Positions 9,760 to 19,977 of a stretch of 64,000 bases of DNA are shown here, piece by piece. This stretch comes from Nannocystales bacterium (GTDB lineage Bacteria; Myxococcota_A; Polyangia; Nannocystales; Nannocystaceae), in the NCBI GenBank assembly GCA_050633305.1, contig JBOEGF010000018.1, positions 384,001 through 448,000 of the forward strand. Reading direction: 5' to 3'. Each line of letters opens with the position of its first letter. The first letter of the stretch is position 1. Both the position numbers and the translations under genes were made by a program. The notes beneath the pieces are model-generated. The model had not been told where the DNA came from. It made no database searches and saw nothing but the letters and a program-made list of their open reading frames with translations.

Positions 9760-12522
9760 TCAGGCCTCGGCGGACGGGGTTGGGATCGGCCCGGTTGGCA
9801 TCGGCGCGATGACGGTGTGTTCGACCTGCGGAACCGGGTCGTTGACCGTGCGGTACCGAGCCGTGCCGGCGTGGGGTCGATCGGCTTGCAACACCCAGAT
9901 GCCGTCGAGGTTCGCGAGCTGGATTCGGTCTCCATCTTCGGGGTCACCCTGGCCAACGAGGAGCCGACGCTCGTCCCGTTCGCCCTTGAGCTCAACCGCG
10001 ACGAGCACGCGCCCCTTGGCACGAAGCTGCATGGCGAGGTCGCTAAACAGGATCGAGCCCTCGCCGCCTTGGGAGTCGAGTCGTGTGAACGATTGGCCCC
10101 ACGGCGAGAGGAGTTCCCCGAAGATCGTCGTGAAACTCTGCACGATGATCGACTGGAACATGAAAAACGCCCGCATCTCATGCAGCGAGTACACAGCGAC
10201 GTTGTCCCGTCCCATCGCGCGGTAGCGACGGTCGAGACGGTGTGCGAGCTCGGCGTTGACGACCTCGGCGACGATCGTCTGTTCGGGGCGCTGAGCATCC
10301 CGGCCACCGATGTGCTCTTGGAGGTGCTCCAGCTTCATCAACGCGGTCGCAGTGGTCGCGTCGGATCCGTGGCGCTGCGATGAGGTGAGGATGACCGCGT
10401 CCATCTCTGGAGCGGTCCCGAAGTCCCGCGGCAGCCGCATGAGTTGGCGAGACGACGTCCAGTCGCCCACCTCGAACACCACGCGTCCAACGGCCCCGCC
10501 GCCTCCGTTCCCAGGGATGCATTGGAACTCGGCGTTGCTGCCCGCGAGGGGTTCGAAGGTCCCGCGCAGGCCTTCGAGGAGCCCGGTCCGCACGAGGTTG
10601 CTGTGGCCTTCCACGGCATCGATCGCCTCGGCCTTGGCGTCCTCGTTCTCGAGGAGCACCAGGACCTCTCCGCGCGGCTCGGCCGTCAGAATGGCCTCGA
10701 TGAGGTTGACCGTTGCGGGGCGAAACCCACAGATGAGGACCTTGCGCAGCGGGTTGGGCGTGTCCGGTTCGAACGAGGGCAGCTCGACCGTGCTGCCCGG
10801 GGTGGGGGTGCTGTGCATGCCACCGGTGCGCTGCTCATCGGCAAACTCGGCGGTGACCTGGTGGTTGGGCGCGAGTGCCACGAACCCGCACATTCGTTCG
10901 TCGGGGTGGAGCGCGCCGGCATCCGCGGCCGGGTTGAGCAACACCCGAGGCGGGGAGCCGGAACCTTCGGTGGCCATCAACGCCCCGATCGGGATGACGC
11001 GGCGTGCGGGAGAGCGTGGAAGCCCTTGCATCACCATGGACTCGAGGGCGTCGTGCGGCGGTGGGAGTTGAGGGGTGCCGCCGGGCATCTCCGAGTTGCG
11101 GTAGTCGTACATGTACAGCTCGTAGCCGGAGGAGGCGACGATGCTGGTGAACACCTCGGCAGCCCGTCGGCGACGAGCGACGGAAAAGGCAAACAGTGCG
11201 AGCAGACGCTCCGTGGGGACGATGCGAGCCTCGACTCGGCCCGATGCCCGGGCGATGGCCTTTTGGGCTGCGCCGATGTTGCTCTCATCGACGATCTCCG
11301 CGATCAGCTTGGTCCGGGCGTTTTCATCATCATCGATGACTTCGCGCAGCCTCTCGACGATCGTGATGAGGGTTCGGACGGTCTCGTCGTCCGGCGCATC
11401 GCTGTCCGCGTCTGCAAGCACCACTACGCGGCGCGCAAGTGGAACGTCGGCACGCGTCAGGAACGCCTCGTCATCTTCGTCGGAGTTCTCGCGGTAGATG
11501 ATGCGGGCGAACTCGGGGTCACGCAGGAAAGGTGGTGCCTCCGTGTCGCGGCCGACGACGACGAACTCCCGCTGTTGCCGCGCACGCCGCCGGAACTCTC
11601 GGAGGCCCCGAACGCTAAATAGGCGAGCTCCGGTGGGGACGAGCTTGCGGTACTCGCCGACAACCTCGTCCAGCAGGGCCCGCGTTGGGGTGGTGAGGTT
11701 GAGGAGGACCGTGTGGCCCTTGAGACCCGCCGAGCGGAGTTGGCTGAGTTCCATCAGTTCGGACACCGCGTCCGTGCCGATGCCGATGAGCACACTGATC
11801 AAGAACAGGCCGACGAAGGTCAGCCCGATACTGACGACGAGCGTGCCTGCGTCGTGGGGCGACCCGAGCATGTTGCCTGGGTCGCCGATCTGGCGCACGG
11901 CCCACCACATGCGCACCCAAAACTCGTGGTCGTGCGGGTCTCCGACGTTGCCATCGGCATCGAAGTCGTCCCCGACCGAGTCGGTGAGGTGGTTGAGAAG
12001 GACGGTGCCCGCAAACGACATGATGCAGACCGTCGCGAACACCAGGAACAGCTGCCGCGCGCGCTCCCGTCGTCGCAGCACGTTCCAGAGGTCGGCAACA
12101 AGCGGCGCCCAATAGCGCAACAACATGACGGTTCGGACCAGCCGGAAGAGGCGCAGCCATCGGGTTTGCGCGCTGGCCCAGGGGAGGAACGACAGGAGCG
12201 CGATGAAGTCGACGACCAGAAGAAACGCGTCGAGTCGTCTGGGGGCGACCCAACCGGCCGCGGCGGGGTCGTTGTGCTGCGCCCGGTATTCTCCCCGAAA
12301 CGCGAGAATCGATCGGCCGACGAACTCCGGAAGGAACGCGACGAGGAACAACAAGTGGACCCACGCTGTGTCGGCTCCTCCGAGTCCGACGGCGACCATT
12401 CGTTCGTGCGGGATGAGGCTGATGATGATCAGCAGGCTGAGGATCACGCGGGTCGCCAGGTGGTCGAGAATGAACTCGACCTGGCCGACCCAGCCGTCGC
12501 GGCGCGCGGTGTGGCGGGACAC
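9760..12522 (-). CDS. CASTOR/POLLUX-like cation channel with N-terminal S1-S4 and two RCK-like domains
   Basis: Six predicted TMs; S4-like RWLRLFRLVR; pore 'MWWAVRQIGDPGNM'; RCK-like 'GHTVLL' and 'KVLICGF' Rossmann starts. Confidence 0.75.
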   Translation of the reverse strand: MSRHTARRDGWVGQVEFILDHLATRVILSLLIIISLIPHERMVAVGLGGADTAWVHLLFLVAFLPEFVGRSILAFRGEYRAQHNDPAAAGWVAPRRLDAFLLVVDFIALLSFLPWASAQTRWLRLFRLVRTVMLLRYWAPLVADLWNVLRRRERARQLFLVFATVCIMSFAGTVLLNHLTDSVGDDFDADGNVGDPHDHEFWVRMWWAVRQIGDPGNMLGSPHDAGTLVVSIGLTFVGLFLISVLIGIGTDAVSELMELSQLRSAGLKGHTVLLNLTTPTRALLDEVVGEYRKLVPTGARLFSVRGLREFRRRARQQREFVVVGRDTEAPPFLRDPEFARIIYRENSDEDDEAFLTRADVPLARRVVVLADADSDAPDDETVRTLITIVERLREVIDDDENARTKLIAEIVDESNIGAAQKAIARASGRVEARIVPTERLLALFAFSVARRRRAAEVFTSIVASSGYELYMYDYRNSEMPGGTPQLPPPHDALESMVMQGLPRSPARRVIPIGALMATEGSGSPPRVLLNPAADAGALHPDERMCGFVALAPNHQVTAEFADEQRTGGMHSTPTPGSTVELPSFEPDTPNPLRKVLICGFRPATVNLIEAILTAEPRGEVLVLLENEDAKAEAIDAVEGHSNLVRTGLLEGLRGTFEPLAGSNAEFQCIPGNGGGGAVGRVVFEVGDWTSSRQLMRLPRDFGTAPEMDAVILTSSQRHGSDATTATALMKLEHLQEHIGGRDAQRPEQTIVAEVVNAELAHRLDRRYRAMGRDNVAVYSLHEMRAFFMFQSIIVQSFTTIFGELLSPWGQSFTRLDSQGGEGSILFSDLAMQLRAKGRVLVAVELKGERDERRLLVGQGDPEDGDRIQLANLDGIWVLQADRPHAGTARYRTVNDPVPQVEHTVIAPMPTGPIPTPSAEA

Positions 12523-12571
12523 GGCGGGAGGATAACGCTACGGGCGGTCGCGACGCAGGAGGGTCCGCGTC

Positions 12572-14752
12572 ATGCGCGCGACAGCCTCCGGACAGCCTGC
12601 TACAAGGGGGGCGGTGAGCTCCGCTTCGCACCTCTTCGCGCGTCAGGCCAACCTGGCTGCGGCACCGTTTCTACCCACCTCACGGGCAGAGATGGATGCG
12701 TTGGGCTGGGACGTGTGTGACGTGGTGCTGGTGACCGGGGACGCCTATGTCGACCACCCGAGCTTCGGGATGGCCATCGTGGGGCGCCTGCTCGAAGCGC
12801 AAGGCTTGCGCGTCGGCATCGTCGCCCAGCCTCGATGGCAGGACACCACCGACATCGCGGCGCTAGGAAAGCCGCGGCTGTTCTGGGGGGTGACGGGCGG
12901 GAACATGGACTCCATGGTCAACCGGTACACGTCGGACCGGAAGATCCGGCGCGATGACGCCTACTCGCCGGATGCGGCGGAGGGCCTCCGCCCGGACCGG
13001 TGCACGCTGGTGTATGCCCAGCGATGCCGCGAGGCGTTTCGAGATGTGCCGATCATCCTCGGAGGGATCGAGGCGAGCTTGCGTCGGATCGCGCACTACG
13101 ACTACTGGTCGGACAAGGTCCGGCGCTCGGTTCTCACCGATGCGAAAGCCGACCTGTTGATCTTTGGCAACGCCGAGCGAGCGCTCGTCGAAGTCGCGCG
13201 GCGGCTACGAGATGGTGAGACCATCGACTCCGTTCGCGACGTGCGAGGCACGGTGTTCATGCGGCGCGGATTGCCGGAGGGCTGGGCCGAGGTCGATTCA
13301 ACGGAGCTCGATGCACCGGGGCCTGTGGGGCCGAGCGTCGACCCCTACGCGAGCAAGTCCGAGACACCCAAGGCCGAGCTCGTTGGTATCCGGCGCCGCA
13401 CGAAGATCGCAGCGCAGCGACACGACCGGACCAAGACCGCGGTTCGCTTGCCCTCGTTTGAGGCGGTGCGGGATGACGCTGTGCTCTACGCCCATGCATC
13501 ACGCGTGCTGCACCTGGAGGCCAACCCCGGCAATGCCCGTGCCCTCGTTCAGGCGCATGGTGACCGGGACCTGTGGCTCAATCCGCCCCCGATCCCGCTG
13601 AGCACGGAGGAGATGGACGCCCTGTACGAGCTGCCGTTCGCGCGTGTGCCTCACCCCAAGTACGGAGACGCGAAGATCCCCGCGTACGAGATGATCCGCT
13701 TCTCGGTCACGATTCAGCGCGGGTGTTTTGGGGGGTGTTCCTTCTGTTCGATCACCGAACACGAAGGACGCGTCATCCAGAGCCGGTCCGAGGACTCGAT
13801 CATCCGCGAGGTCGAACGTGTGCGGGACATGACCCCGGGGTTAACCGGGACCATCTCCGACCTCGGGGGACCGACGGCGAACATGTACCGGTTGGCGTGC
13901 AAGTCCAAGGCGATCGAGGCGGCGTGTCGGAAACCCTCGTGCGTCTACCCGGGGGTCTGCTCGAACCTCGACACCAACCACGCGCCGTTGATCTCGCTGT
14001 ATCGAAAGGCGAGGGCATTGCCAGGCATCAAGCGGGTGATGATCGCCTCGGGTGTGCGCTACGACCTTGCGGTCGAGTCCCCGGAGTACGTGCAGGAGTT
14101 GGTCGAGCACCACGTCGGCGGGTACCTCAAGATCGCGCCCGAGCACGTTGCCGAAGGTCCGTTGTCCGCAATGATGAAGCCGGGGATCGGAACCTACGAG
14201 CGGTTCAAGACGATGTTCGACCGAGCGTCGAAGCGGGCGGGCAAGAAGCAGTTCCTGATCCCGTATTTCATCGCCGCCCATCCGGGGACCCGCGTTGAAG
14301 ACATGATCGAGCTGGCGGTTTGGCTCAAGAGCAACGGGTTCGAGGCGGATCAGGTGCAGACATTCCTGCCCTCACCGATGGCGAGTGCGACGGCGATGTA
14401 TCGAAGCGAGAAGGACTTGCTGCACGGTGTGAAGCGGGTCGGTGGGGATCTTCATGTCCCCAAGGGGCTGAAGATGCGACGGCTGCACAAGGCGTTCCTG
14501 CGCTACCACGATCCCGAAAACTGGCCGCTCCTCCGTGCGACACTACAGCGAATGGGGCGAGGGGAGCTGATCGGCAACGGTCCGGGAGCACTCATCCCAC
14601 GCACCCAACCTGCGACCGGAGCACGACGTCCGCGTCGAGGCGGTCCGCGTCCGGGCTCGGCGCTGACCCAGCACACCGGGTTGCCACCACGAAAAGATGG
14701 CTCGTCGAAGGCGGGCCGCAAACGCAAGCGGAAGACACGGGCCCCCAAGTAG
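12572..14752 (+). CDS. ygiQ: YgiQ-family (UPF0313) radical SAM protein
   Basis: '[11 protein letters not shown]', '[11 protein letters not shown]', CxxxCxxC (CFGGCSFC), 'APEH', 'PYFIAAHPG'; true start may be the GTG near 12614. Confidence 0.95.
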   Translation: MRATASGQPATRGAVSSASHLFARQANLAAAPFLPTSRAEMDALGWDVCDVVLVTGDAYVDHPSFGMAIVGRLLEAQGLRVGIVAQPRWQDTTDIAALGKPRLFWGVTGGNMDSMVNRYTSDRKIRRDDAYSPDAAEGLRPDRCTLVYAQRCREAFRDVPIILGGIEASLRRIAHYDYWSDKVRRSVLTDAKADLLIFGNAERALVEVARRLRDGETIDSVRDVRGTVFMRRGLPEGWAEVDSTELDAPGPVGPSVDPYASKSETPKAELVGIRRRTKIAAQRHDRTKTAVRLPSFEAVRDDAVLYAHASRVLHLEANPGNARALVQAHGDRDLWLNPPPIPLSTEEMDALYELPFARVPHPKYGDAKIPAYEMIRFSVTIQRGCFGGCSFCSITEHEGRVIQSRSEDSIIREVERVRDMTPGLTGTISDLGGPTANMYRLACKSKAIEAACRKPSCVYPGVCSNLDTNHAPLISLYRKARALPGIKRVMIASGVRYDLAVESPEYVQELVEHHVGGYLKIAPEHVAEGPLSAMMKPGIGTYERFKTMFDRASKRAGKKQFLIPYFIAAHPGTRVEDMIELAVWLKSNGFEADQVQTFLPSPMASATAMYRSEKDLLHGVKRVGGDLHVPKGLKMRRLHKAFLRYHDPENWPLLRATLQRMGRGELIGNGPGALIPRTQPATGARRPRRGGPRPGSALTQHTGLPPRKDGSSKAGRKRKRKTRAPK

Positions 14753-14775
14753 CCCGCGCAACCGGGCGCGCCTCC

Positions 14776-16023
14776 TCAGATCTTTTCGCGGGAGCGGTAC
14801 TGCAGCAGGGTGTCCGTCATGGACGCATGCTGGATCCGTATCCAGTCCGCGGAGCGTGCCACGTCGCTGATTCGAACCTCGTCGATGCCGCCACGCAACC
14901 ATCGCCCGACGCGCATGGAGCCGTTGGTGTTGGACCCCGGCGTGTACAGGGTGTTGCCGCTCGTGATGAGATCGCCGTCGACGAACAACCGCATCTGCTC
15001 ACCGTCGTACGTGCCTGCGAGCATGGTCCAGCGTTCAGCCTCAAGAGGATCGGGTCCCAAGACGTTGTCGTGGAGTTCGTCGGTGAGCGATTGGGAGAGG
15101 TTGAAGAACGGGGATGCCGCGAACTCCGACAATGGCCCCACATGCCCTCGGACCGCGCTGAGTCGATAACCCGGGAGCTTGGCAATAAGCTCCCGATGCC
15201 GCGCGTCACTGTCGTTCCAGGGAAGAACCTCGGCGTGTTTGTTCTCGAGTTGGACCCACCCCAGCGTTGAGATCTCATCGTCGTCGTGGAGGTCGAGGCC
15301 GAGGTCCGAGGCTTCGAGCACCCCGTCCCCGAGCTTCCAGATATGCGTTCCCAGGACCCACTCCGTTTGGCCCTCCTGCGTATCGGCGTCGGCGACGAGT
15401 TCGATGCCGTTGGCCGAGTCCACGAAACTCAGTGGGCTCTCGTCACCGTTGTCGAAGTGAAACACTGCGACGTAGCCGGCGGACCAAACGGACCGGGTCG
15501 GGAGTCGTTCAGGGAGGTCGGGACACGTCGTGCCCATGATCGCCTCGAACTCGGTGGTCTTTTCCTCACCGAGTTCCTCGATCCGGACCCATGCGAAGCG
15601 CCCGATCCCTTCCAACTCGTAGGGGAGTCTGTCGTCGTGTTGGTAGAAGCGCAGGGTCCCGAGGTTCGGAACAGGGGCGAGTTGGGACGTTTCGACCCGT
15701 ACGGGGACCTCGCTGAGAACCGTGCCCGCGGGAAGCAGATCTTCGGTGCTGATGATGATCCGCGTTCGCCAGCAGTCGGGCTCGGTCTCGATTTCCGTCG
15801 TCGAGTCCCCAGTCGACGGGGACGAACTGGACGCGCCCTGGCTCTGGGACGCCGAAGCGCTGTGGGCCGATGTGGTGCCCTGGGTTGACCCCGAGTTTGT
15901 CGAGGTCGCAGGATTGAGTTCGGTGCCGGTTCCGAGATCGGCGTCCTCTTGGTAGGCCGCGTTCTCAGCCGTGCACGAGAGCGTGATGCTCGCGCTCAGG
16001 CCGAGTGCCGACAGGATTCGCAC
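14776..16023 (-). CDS. Lipoprotein with DUF2341-like and LamG/concanavalin-like domains
   Basis: LSC lipobox, Ser/Thr linker, 'VWSAGYVAVFHF', 'W..LAGTYDG..MRLFVDG...GGIDEVRIS..ARSADWI'. Confidence 0.8.
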   Translation of the reverse strand: MRILSALGLSASITLSCTAENAAYQEDADLGTGTELNPATSTNSGSTQGTTSAHSASASQSQGASSSSPSTGDSTTEIETEPDCWRTRIIISTEDLLPAGTVLSEVPVRVETSQLAPVPNLGTLRFYQHDDRLPYELEGIGRFAWVRIEELGEEKTTEFEAIMGTTCPDLPERLPTRSVWSAGYVAVFHFDNGDESPLSFVDSANGIELVADADTQEGQTEWVLGTHIWKLGDGVLEASDLGLDLHDDDEISTLGWVQLENKHAEVLPWNDSDARHRELIAKLPGYRLSAVRGHVGPLSEFAASPFFNLSQSLTDELHDNVLGPDPLEAERWTMLAGTYDGEQMRLFVDGDLITSGNTLYTPGSNTNGSMRVGRWLRGGIDEVRISDVARSADWIRIQHASMTDTLLQYRSREKI

Positions 16024-16074
16024 CGCAACATCGTACCAGCGGCGGCTGGGCCTCAGCCCCCTAGGCCTCCGCGC

Positions 16075-16560
16075 TCAGGGCTTCTCGTTGGCTTCGACGT
16101 CGATGACGTCCGGACTGGACTCCGCGTTCTCGGAGGCGTCGGACCAGGCCTGCGATGCCGCGGCGCCCACGAAGCCCGCGGGCGTCATCGGCTGAAGCTG
16201 AAACCGTTTTTCGACGTATCGGTTGAGTACGCCTGCCACCGCCCGGCGGGCGGGCGGGATGAGCATCGTGATGCCGAACATGTCGGTCAGCACGCCCGGC
16301 GTGACCAAGAAAATGCCGCCGACCAGGACAAGAAGCGAAGAGACGAGGCCCTCTTTAGGGAGCTCGCCCCTCTGTAGAGATGCTTGCCATTCGCCGAAGA
16401 CCCGGCCTCCTTCGCGCTTGGCCAGGGACGCGCCGAGGAGCCCTGTCGTGAGAACGATGGCGATGGTGGCGCCAGCGCCAAGCGCGCCGCCGAGCTGGAT
16501 CAGCAGGTACAGCTCCACGGCGGGGACCACCGTGAAGAGGAGGAACAGCTTGCCAAGCAC
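16075..16560 (-). CDS. fxsA: FxsA family membrane protein
   Basis: 'VPAVELYLLI', 'GGIFLVTPGVLTD' FxsA signatures. Confidence 0.92.
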   Translation of the reverse strand: MLGKLFLLFTVVPAVELYLLIQLGGALGAGATIAIVLTTGLLGASLAKREGGRVFGEWQASLQRGELPKEGLVSSLLVLVGGIFLVTPGVLTDMFGITMLIPPARRAVAGVLNRYVEKRFQLQPMTPAGFVGAAASQAWSDASENAESSPDVIDVEANEKP

Positions 16561-16607
16561 GACCCAGTCAACGTAGCAGCCGGGAGGCGCCTGCTGACGC
16601 GAAGGGG

Positions 16608-16635
16608 TTGACGGGTGGCACTCCTGATTTATAGT
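16608..16635 (+). promoter_or_regulatory. Sigma70-type promoter of the TetR gene
   Basis: TTGACG (16608-16613), 16 nt, TATAGT (16630-16635), about 50 nt upstream of the ATG. Confidence 0.65.
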
Positions 16636-16650
16636 TGACCAGTCGTCTTG
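16635..16650. promoter_or_regulatory. Putative NemR-like TetR operator 1
   Basis: TTGACCAGTCGTCTTG directly after the -10 box; resembles the NemR-type TAGACC-N4-GGTCTA palindrome. Confidence 0.6.
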
Positions 16651-16684
16651 TCATGGAGTCTACCCAACCAGCCTGGAGGTCTGC

Positions 16685-17299
16685 ATGGGCCGCGTGAGTG
16701 ACGCCAGAGGCCGGATCCTCAAGGCGGCGGCCGAGCTCATCCACGACCGCGGTTACGCATCCGTCAGTGTGTCGGACATCTGCTCGGCCGCGGATCTGAA
16801 GAAGGGCAGCTTCTATCACTTCTTTCCCAGCAAGCTCGCGCTCGTGCTCGAGACGATCGACCAGCTCGCGGCCGGACAACGCGAAGGCGTTCAGGCCATG
16901 ATCGCGGGTTCCGGCAGTGCGCGCGAGAAGCTCACGCAGATGTTCGCCGCAGCCTCTGGGGGCAACAAGCAGTGCCAAAAAGACTGCGGATCCATCCGTG
17001 GCTGCCCAATTGGCAACCTGGCCCTGGAGATGGCGCACCGCGAGCCCGCGGTCGCCGAGAAACTCAAGCAGGTGTTCAACCAGTGGCGGGCCGGCGTCGA
17101 GAGCGTGCTGCAAGCTGGGGTTGCCGCCGGCGAGTTCGAAGTCGATGATCCGCGGGCCGTCGCCGAGAGTCTGATCGCGTTCGTGGAGGGCTCCATCCTG
17201 CTCGCCAAAGCGACCGGAGACACCGCCGTGTTCGACCGTCTGTCGAAAGGCGCGGAAGCGATCCTCAACGGCGCCGTTCGGACGACCGTCGCGTCGTGA
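16685..17299 (+). CDS. TetR/AcrR family regulator (NemR-like)
   Basis: N-terminal HTH 'KGSFYHFFPSK'; C-terminal 'GCPIGNLALE'. Confidence 0.92.
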   Translation: MGRVSDARGRILKAAAELIHDRGYASVSVSDICSAADLKKGSFYHFFPSKLALVLETIDQLAAGQREGVQAMIAGSGSAREKLTQMFAAASGGNKQCQKDCGSIRGCPIGNLALEMAHREPAVAEKLKQVFNQWRAGVESVLQAGVAAGEFEVDDPRAVAESLIAFVEGSILLAKATGDTAVFDRLSKGAEAILNGAVRTTVAS

Positions 17300-17314
17300 T
17301 TCTTGTTTTCGAAT

Positions 17315-17330
17315 TAAACCGACCAGTCAA
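17315..17330. promoter_or_regulatory. Putative NemR-like TetR operator 2, upstream of the ECF sigma gene
   Basis: TAAACCGACCAGTCAA; reverse complement TTGACTGGTCGGTTTA resembles operator 1; lies in an AT-rich patch just before TTGCCA. Confidence 0.55.
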
Positions 17331-17383
17331 CTTGCCAAACGCCGAAGTGGATACAAGCTGGCTTCATCGAAAGGGGTTCGCCC

Positions 17384-18028
17384 ATGACTGAGACACTCGA
17401 AACCGCGCACACAACGCATCCTCCGATGCGGGGCCTTCAGGCACTGATGGAGCGCTACATCGACGGAGACCAACGCGCGTTTGCGACGCTCCACCGACGG
17501 TTGTACCCACGGGTTCGCGCCCGTCTGGGCCGGATGGTTCGCGATGACGCGTTGGTCCAAGACCTCGTTCAGCAGACTTTCTTGCGCGCGCACCAAGCCC
17601 GTCACCGGTACGAGACCGGCCCTGGCGCGGGCGACCGAGCGGTCGAGGGTTGGTTCCTCGCGATCGCCCGAAACGCAGCGCTTGATGCGATGCGTCATCA
17701 ATACCGCCGCGACAGGCGCCACGCGACGCTCGAGGCGCGCGGCGAAGTCGAGGGCATGGGCGTGTCGATGGAGCGGCTCGATTCCGAGGCCGCACACATC
17801 GAGGAGGAGCGCGAGTTGGCCGAAGTCCGGCGCGTTCGTGCCGCGATCGATCAGCTGCCGCCCACCCAGCGCGAGGTGGTGAAGATGCACAAGCTTTCGG
17901 GAATGCCGATGGCAGAGATCTCGGACCGCCTCGGCGTACGGCCTGGGGCGCTGCGCGTACGAGCCCATCGCGCCTACAAAGCGTTGGCTCGGATGCTTCG
18001 CCCCGAGACTGCTGCGACACCCGCGTAG
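17384..18028 (+). CDS. ECF RNA polymerase sigma factor
   Basis: Region 2 'DLVQQTFLRA...WFLAIARNAALD'; region 4 'LPPTQREVV...EIS..LG...RAHRA'. Confidence 0.92.
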   Translation: MTETLETAHTTHPPMRGLQALMERYIDGDQRAFATLHRRLYPRVRARLGRMVRDDALVQDLVQQTFLRAHQARHRYETGPGAGDRAVEGWFLAIARNAALDAMRHQYRRDRRHATLEARGEVEGMGVSMERLDSEAAHIEEERELAEVRRVRAAIDQLPPTQREVVKMHKLSGMPMAEISDRLGVRPGALRVRAHRAYKALARMLRPETAATPA

Positions 18029-18047
18029 GTGCGGGGTACCCTCGCCT

Positions 18048-19121
18048 CTACGAGGTTGGGGCGGTGCGCTCGACGATCCGGGGACGAGCCGACGAGATGA
18101 TGAACAGGTCATCTCCGTCGGCGAGTTCATAGTCGGGCCCAGGGTTGATGTTCTGGGTTCCCGCTCTGCGTAGCCCGATCAACATCACGTTCTCTTGCGC
18201 GAGTTCAGCCGCGAGATCGGCGAACCGGAACGACCCGGAGCCCTTGAGTGCGAACGGGACGGCATCGACCTGCTGCGGCGTCCGATTCGACGCAAGGTCG
18301 TTGAACAGCTGCTGAATCTGCAGCCCTTCGCGGGCTTGGGCCAGCAGCTGCGTGGTGAGCTCGGTGACGCAGATCGCCGTGGAGGCGCCGGCCTTGAGCA
18401 TCAGCTCCTTGTGCAGCGGCGAGACACACTCGACCACGATCGTCAGTTTGCTGTTGGTCGATTGCAACGCAACAAGCACACCGAGGTTGAAGGAGTCGCT
18501 GTTCTCGTCCCGCTCCGAGCGAGCGAACAGGATCACGTCGGCGGCCTGAGAGATACCGGCACGCTCGAGTGCTTCCTCGTTGATGGGGGAGCCCTTGACG
18601 AAGTGGACGTGCAAGCGCGCGAGCGTCTCGGGGAGCTCGTCGATCTGGTCGGTCAGCAACACGAACTCGCGGTCATCGAGGTGCGTGTCGTGGCGGAGCT
18701 CGTCGATCATCTCTACGAGCTTTGCCTCGCCCGGGTAGTTGATGAGGACGATGTGTCGACGGAAGTTGAAGTCGTTCATCCCGCGGAGCTCCTTGGTCTT
18801 TTCTTCGATCAGGTAGGTCGTGATGACGGAGAGGCCGTACGCGAGCACGCCTCCGCCTGCGATCATCGCGGGGAACGCGATGAGGAAACGGCCGCCCAGC
18901 GAGACCGGGGCGTAGTCGCCATAGCCCACGGTCGTCATGGTGACGACGCTCCACCACAACGAGTCCAGCAGGGTGAGCTCGGGGTTGTGCGGGGACTCGA
19001 ACAGGTAGAACCCGACGCTTCCAAACGTCCAGAACATCGCAACGAAGCCCACGACCTTCAGCTGCAACCGCGTCTGGACCTGCCTGCGAATCCGAAGCAG
19101 GAATTGGAACAGCAACCCCAT
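18048..19121 (-). CDS. 2-TM potassium channel with RCK (TrkA-N/C) domain, MthK-like
   Basis: TTVGYGD selectivity filter, two TMs, C-terminal RCK with 'INPGPDYEL..GD.L'. Confidence 0.92.
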   Translation of the reverse strand: MGLLFQFLLRIRRQVQTRLQLKVVGFVAMFWTFGSVGFYLFESPHNPELTLLDSLWWSVVTMTTVGYGDYAPVSLGGRFLIAFPAMIAGGGVLAYGLSVITTYLIEEKTKELRGMNDFNFRRHIVLINYPGEAKLVEMIDELRHDTHLDDREFVLLTDQIDELPETLARLHVHFVKGSPINEEALERAGISQAADVILFARSERDENSDSFNLGVLVALQSTNSKLTIVVECVSPLHKELMLKAGASTAICVTELTTQLLAQAREGLQIQQLFNDLASNRTPQQVDAVPFALKGSGSFRFADLAAELAQENVMLIGLRRAGTQNINPGPDYELADGDDLFIISSARPRIVERTAPTS

Positions 19122-19362
19122 GGGGCCGTGAGCTTAGAGCACATCTTCCGGCGTGGCCATGGCCTGTTCGGAGAGCGCAGGGACGACGACGGTTTACCGA
19201 AACGCCTCAGGACAGGCGGTGCGAGGCCGTTCCTTTCGCTTTGTCCTTCCTCCCGGAGGTGGGGAGAGACCCGGTGCGCCCCGAGCGTGGGGGGCGAGGC
19301 AACCCTCGTCGGGAGGAGCCGCGAGGCCCAGAGGCCGTCCCCCATGTGATATTGGCCGGCGC

Positions 19363-19977
19363 ATGCAAACGCTCGTTGTCGGCGTCGCAGGTGCCACCGG
19401 TTCAGGGAAAACCACGGTTGCCCATCGTTTGGCCGAGTCCGTGGCCGAGCACGTGTCTGTTCTGCAGCACGACTGGTACTACCGCGACCGACCGGAGCTG
19501 ACCTACGAAGAACGGTGCGAGCTCAATTTCGACCACCCCGATTCGCTTGATTCGGAGCTGCTCGTCGAGCACCTGACCAAGCTGCGGGCAGGGGAAGCGA
19601 TCGGTGCCCCGATGTACGACTTCACGACGCACCGTCGTGACGAGCAGTGCTTGCCGGTTCGGCCGGCGCCCATCTTGTTGGTCGAGGGCATCCTGGTCTT
19701 GGCGGACCCTCGGCTGCGGGAGCTGTTGGACATCAAGGTGTTCGTCGATACCGACGCCGACATCCGCGTGTTTCGTCGGATCCGGCGCGACATTGAGAAG
19801 CGCGGCCGGACGTTCGAGCAGATCCGTCAGCAGTACTACGCGACGGTGCGGCCGATGACGCTGCAGTTTGTCGAGCCCTCGAAACGGTGGGCCGACATCA
19901 TCATTCCCGAGGGCGGGCAGAATGCGGTGGCGCTCGACCTGCTGGCTGCCAAGCTTCGGAGCGTGGTGACGACGTGA
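19363..19977 (+). CDS. udk: Uridine kinase
   Basis: GATGSGKTT, 'NFDHPDS', 'LVEGIL', 'RRIRRDIEKRGR', 'FVEPSKRWADIIIP'. Confidence 0.95.
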   Translation: MQTLVVGVAGATGSGKTTVAHRLAESVAEHVSVLQHDWYYRDRPELTYEERCELNFDHPDSLDSELLVEHLTKLRAGEAIGAPMYDFTTHRRDEQCLPVRPAPILLVEGILVLADPRLRELLDIKVFVDTDADIRVFRRIRRDIEKRGRTFEQIRQQYYATVRPMTLQFVEPSKRWADIIIPEGGQNAVALDLLAAKLRSVVTT

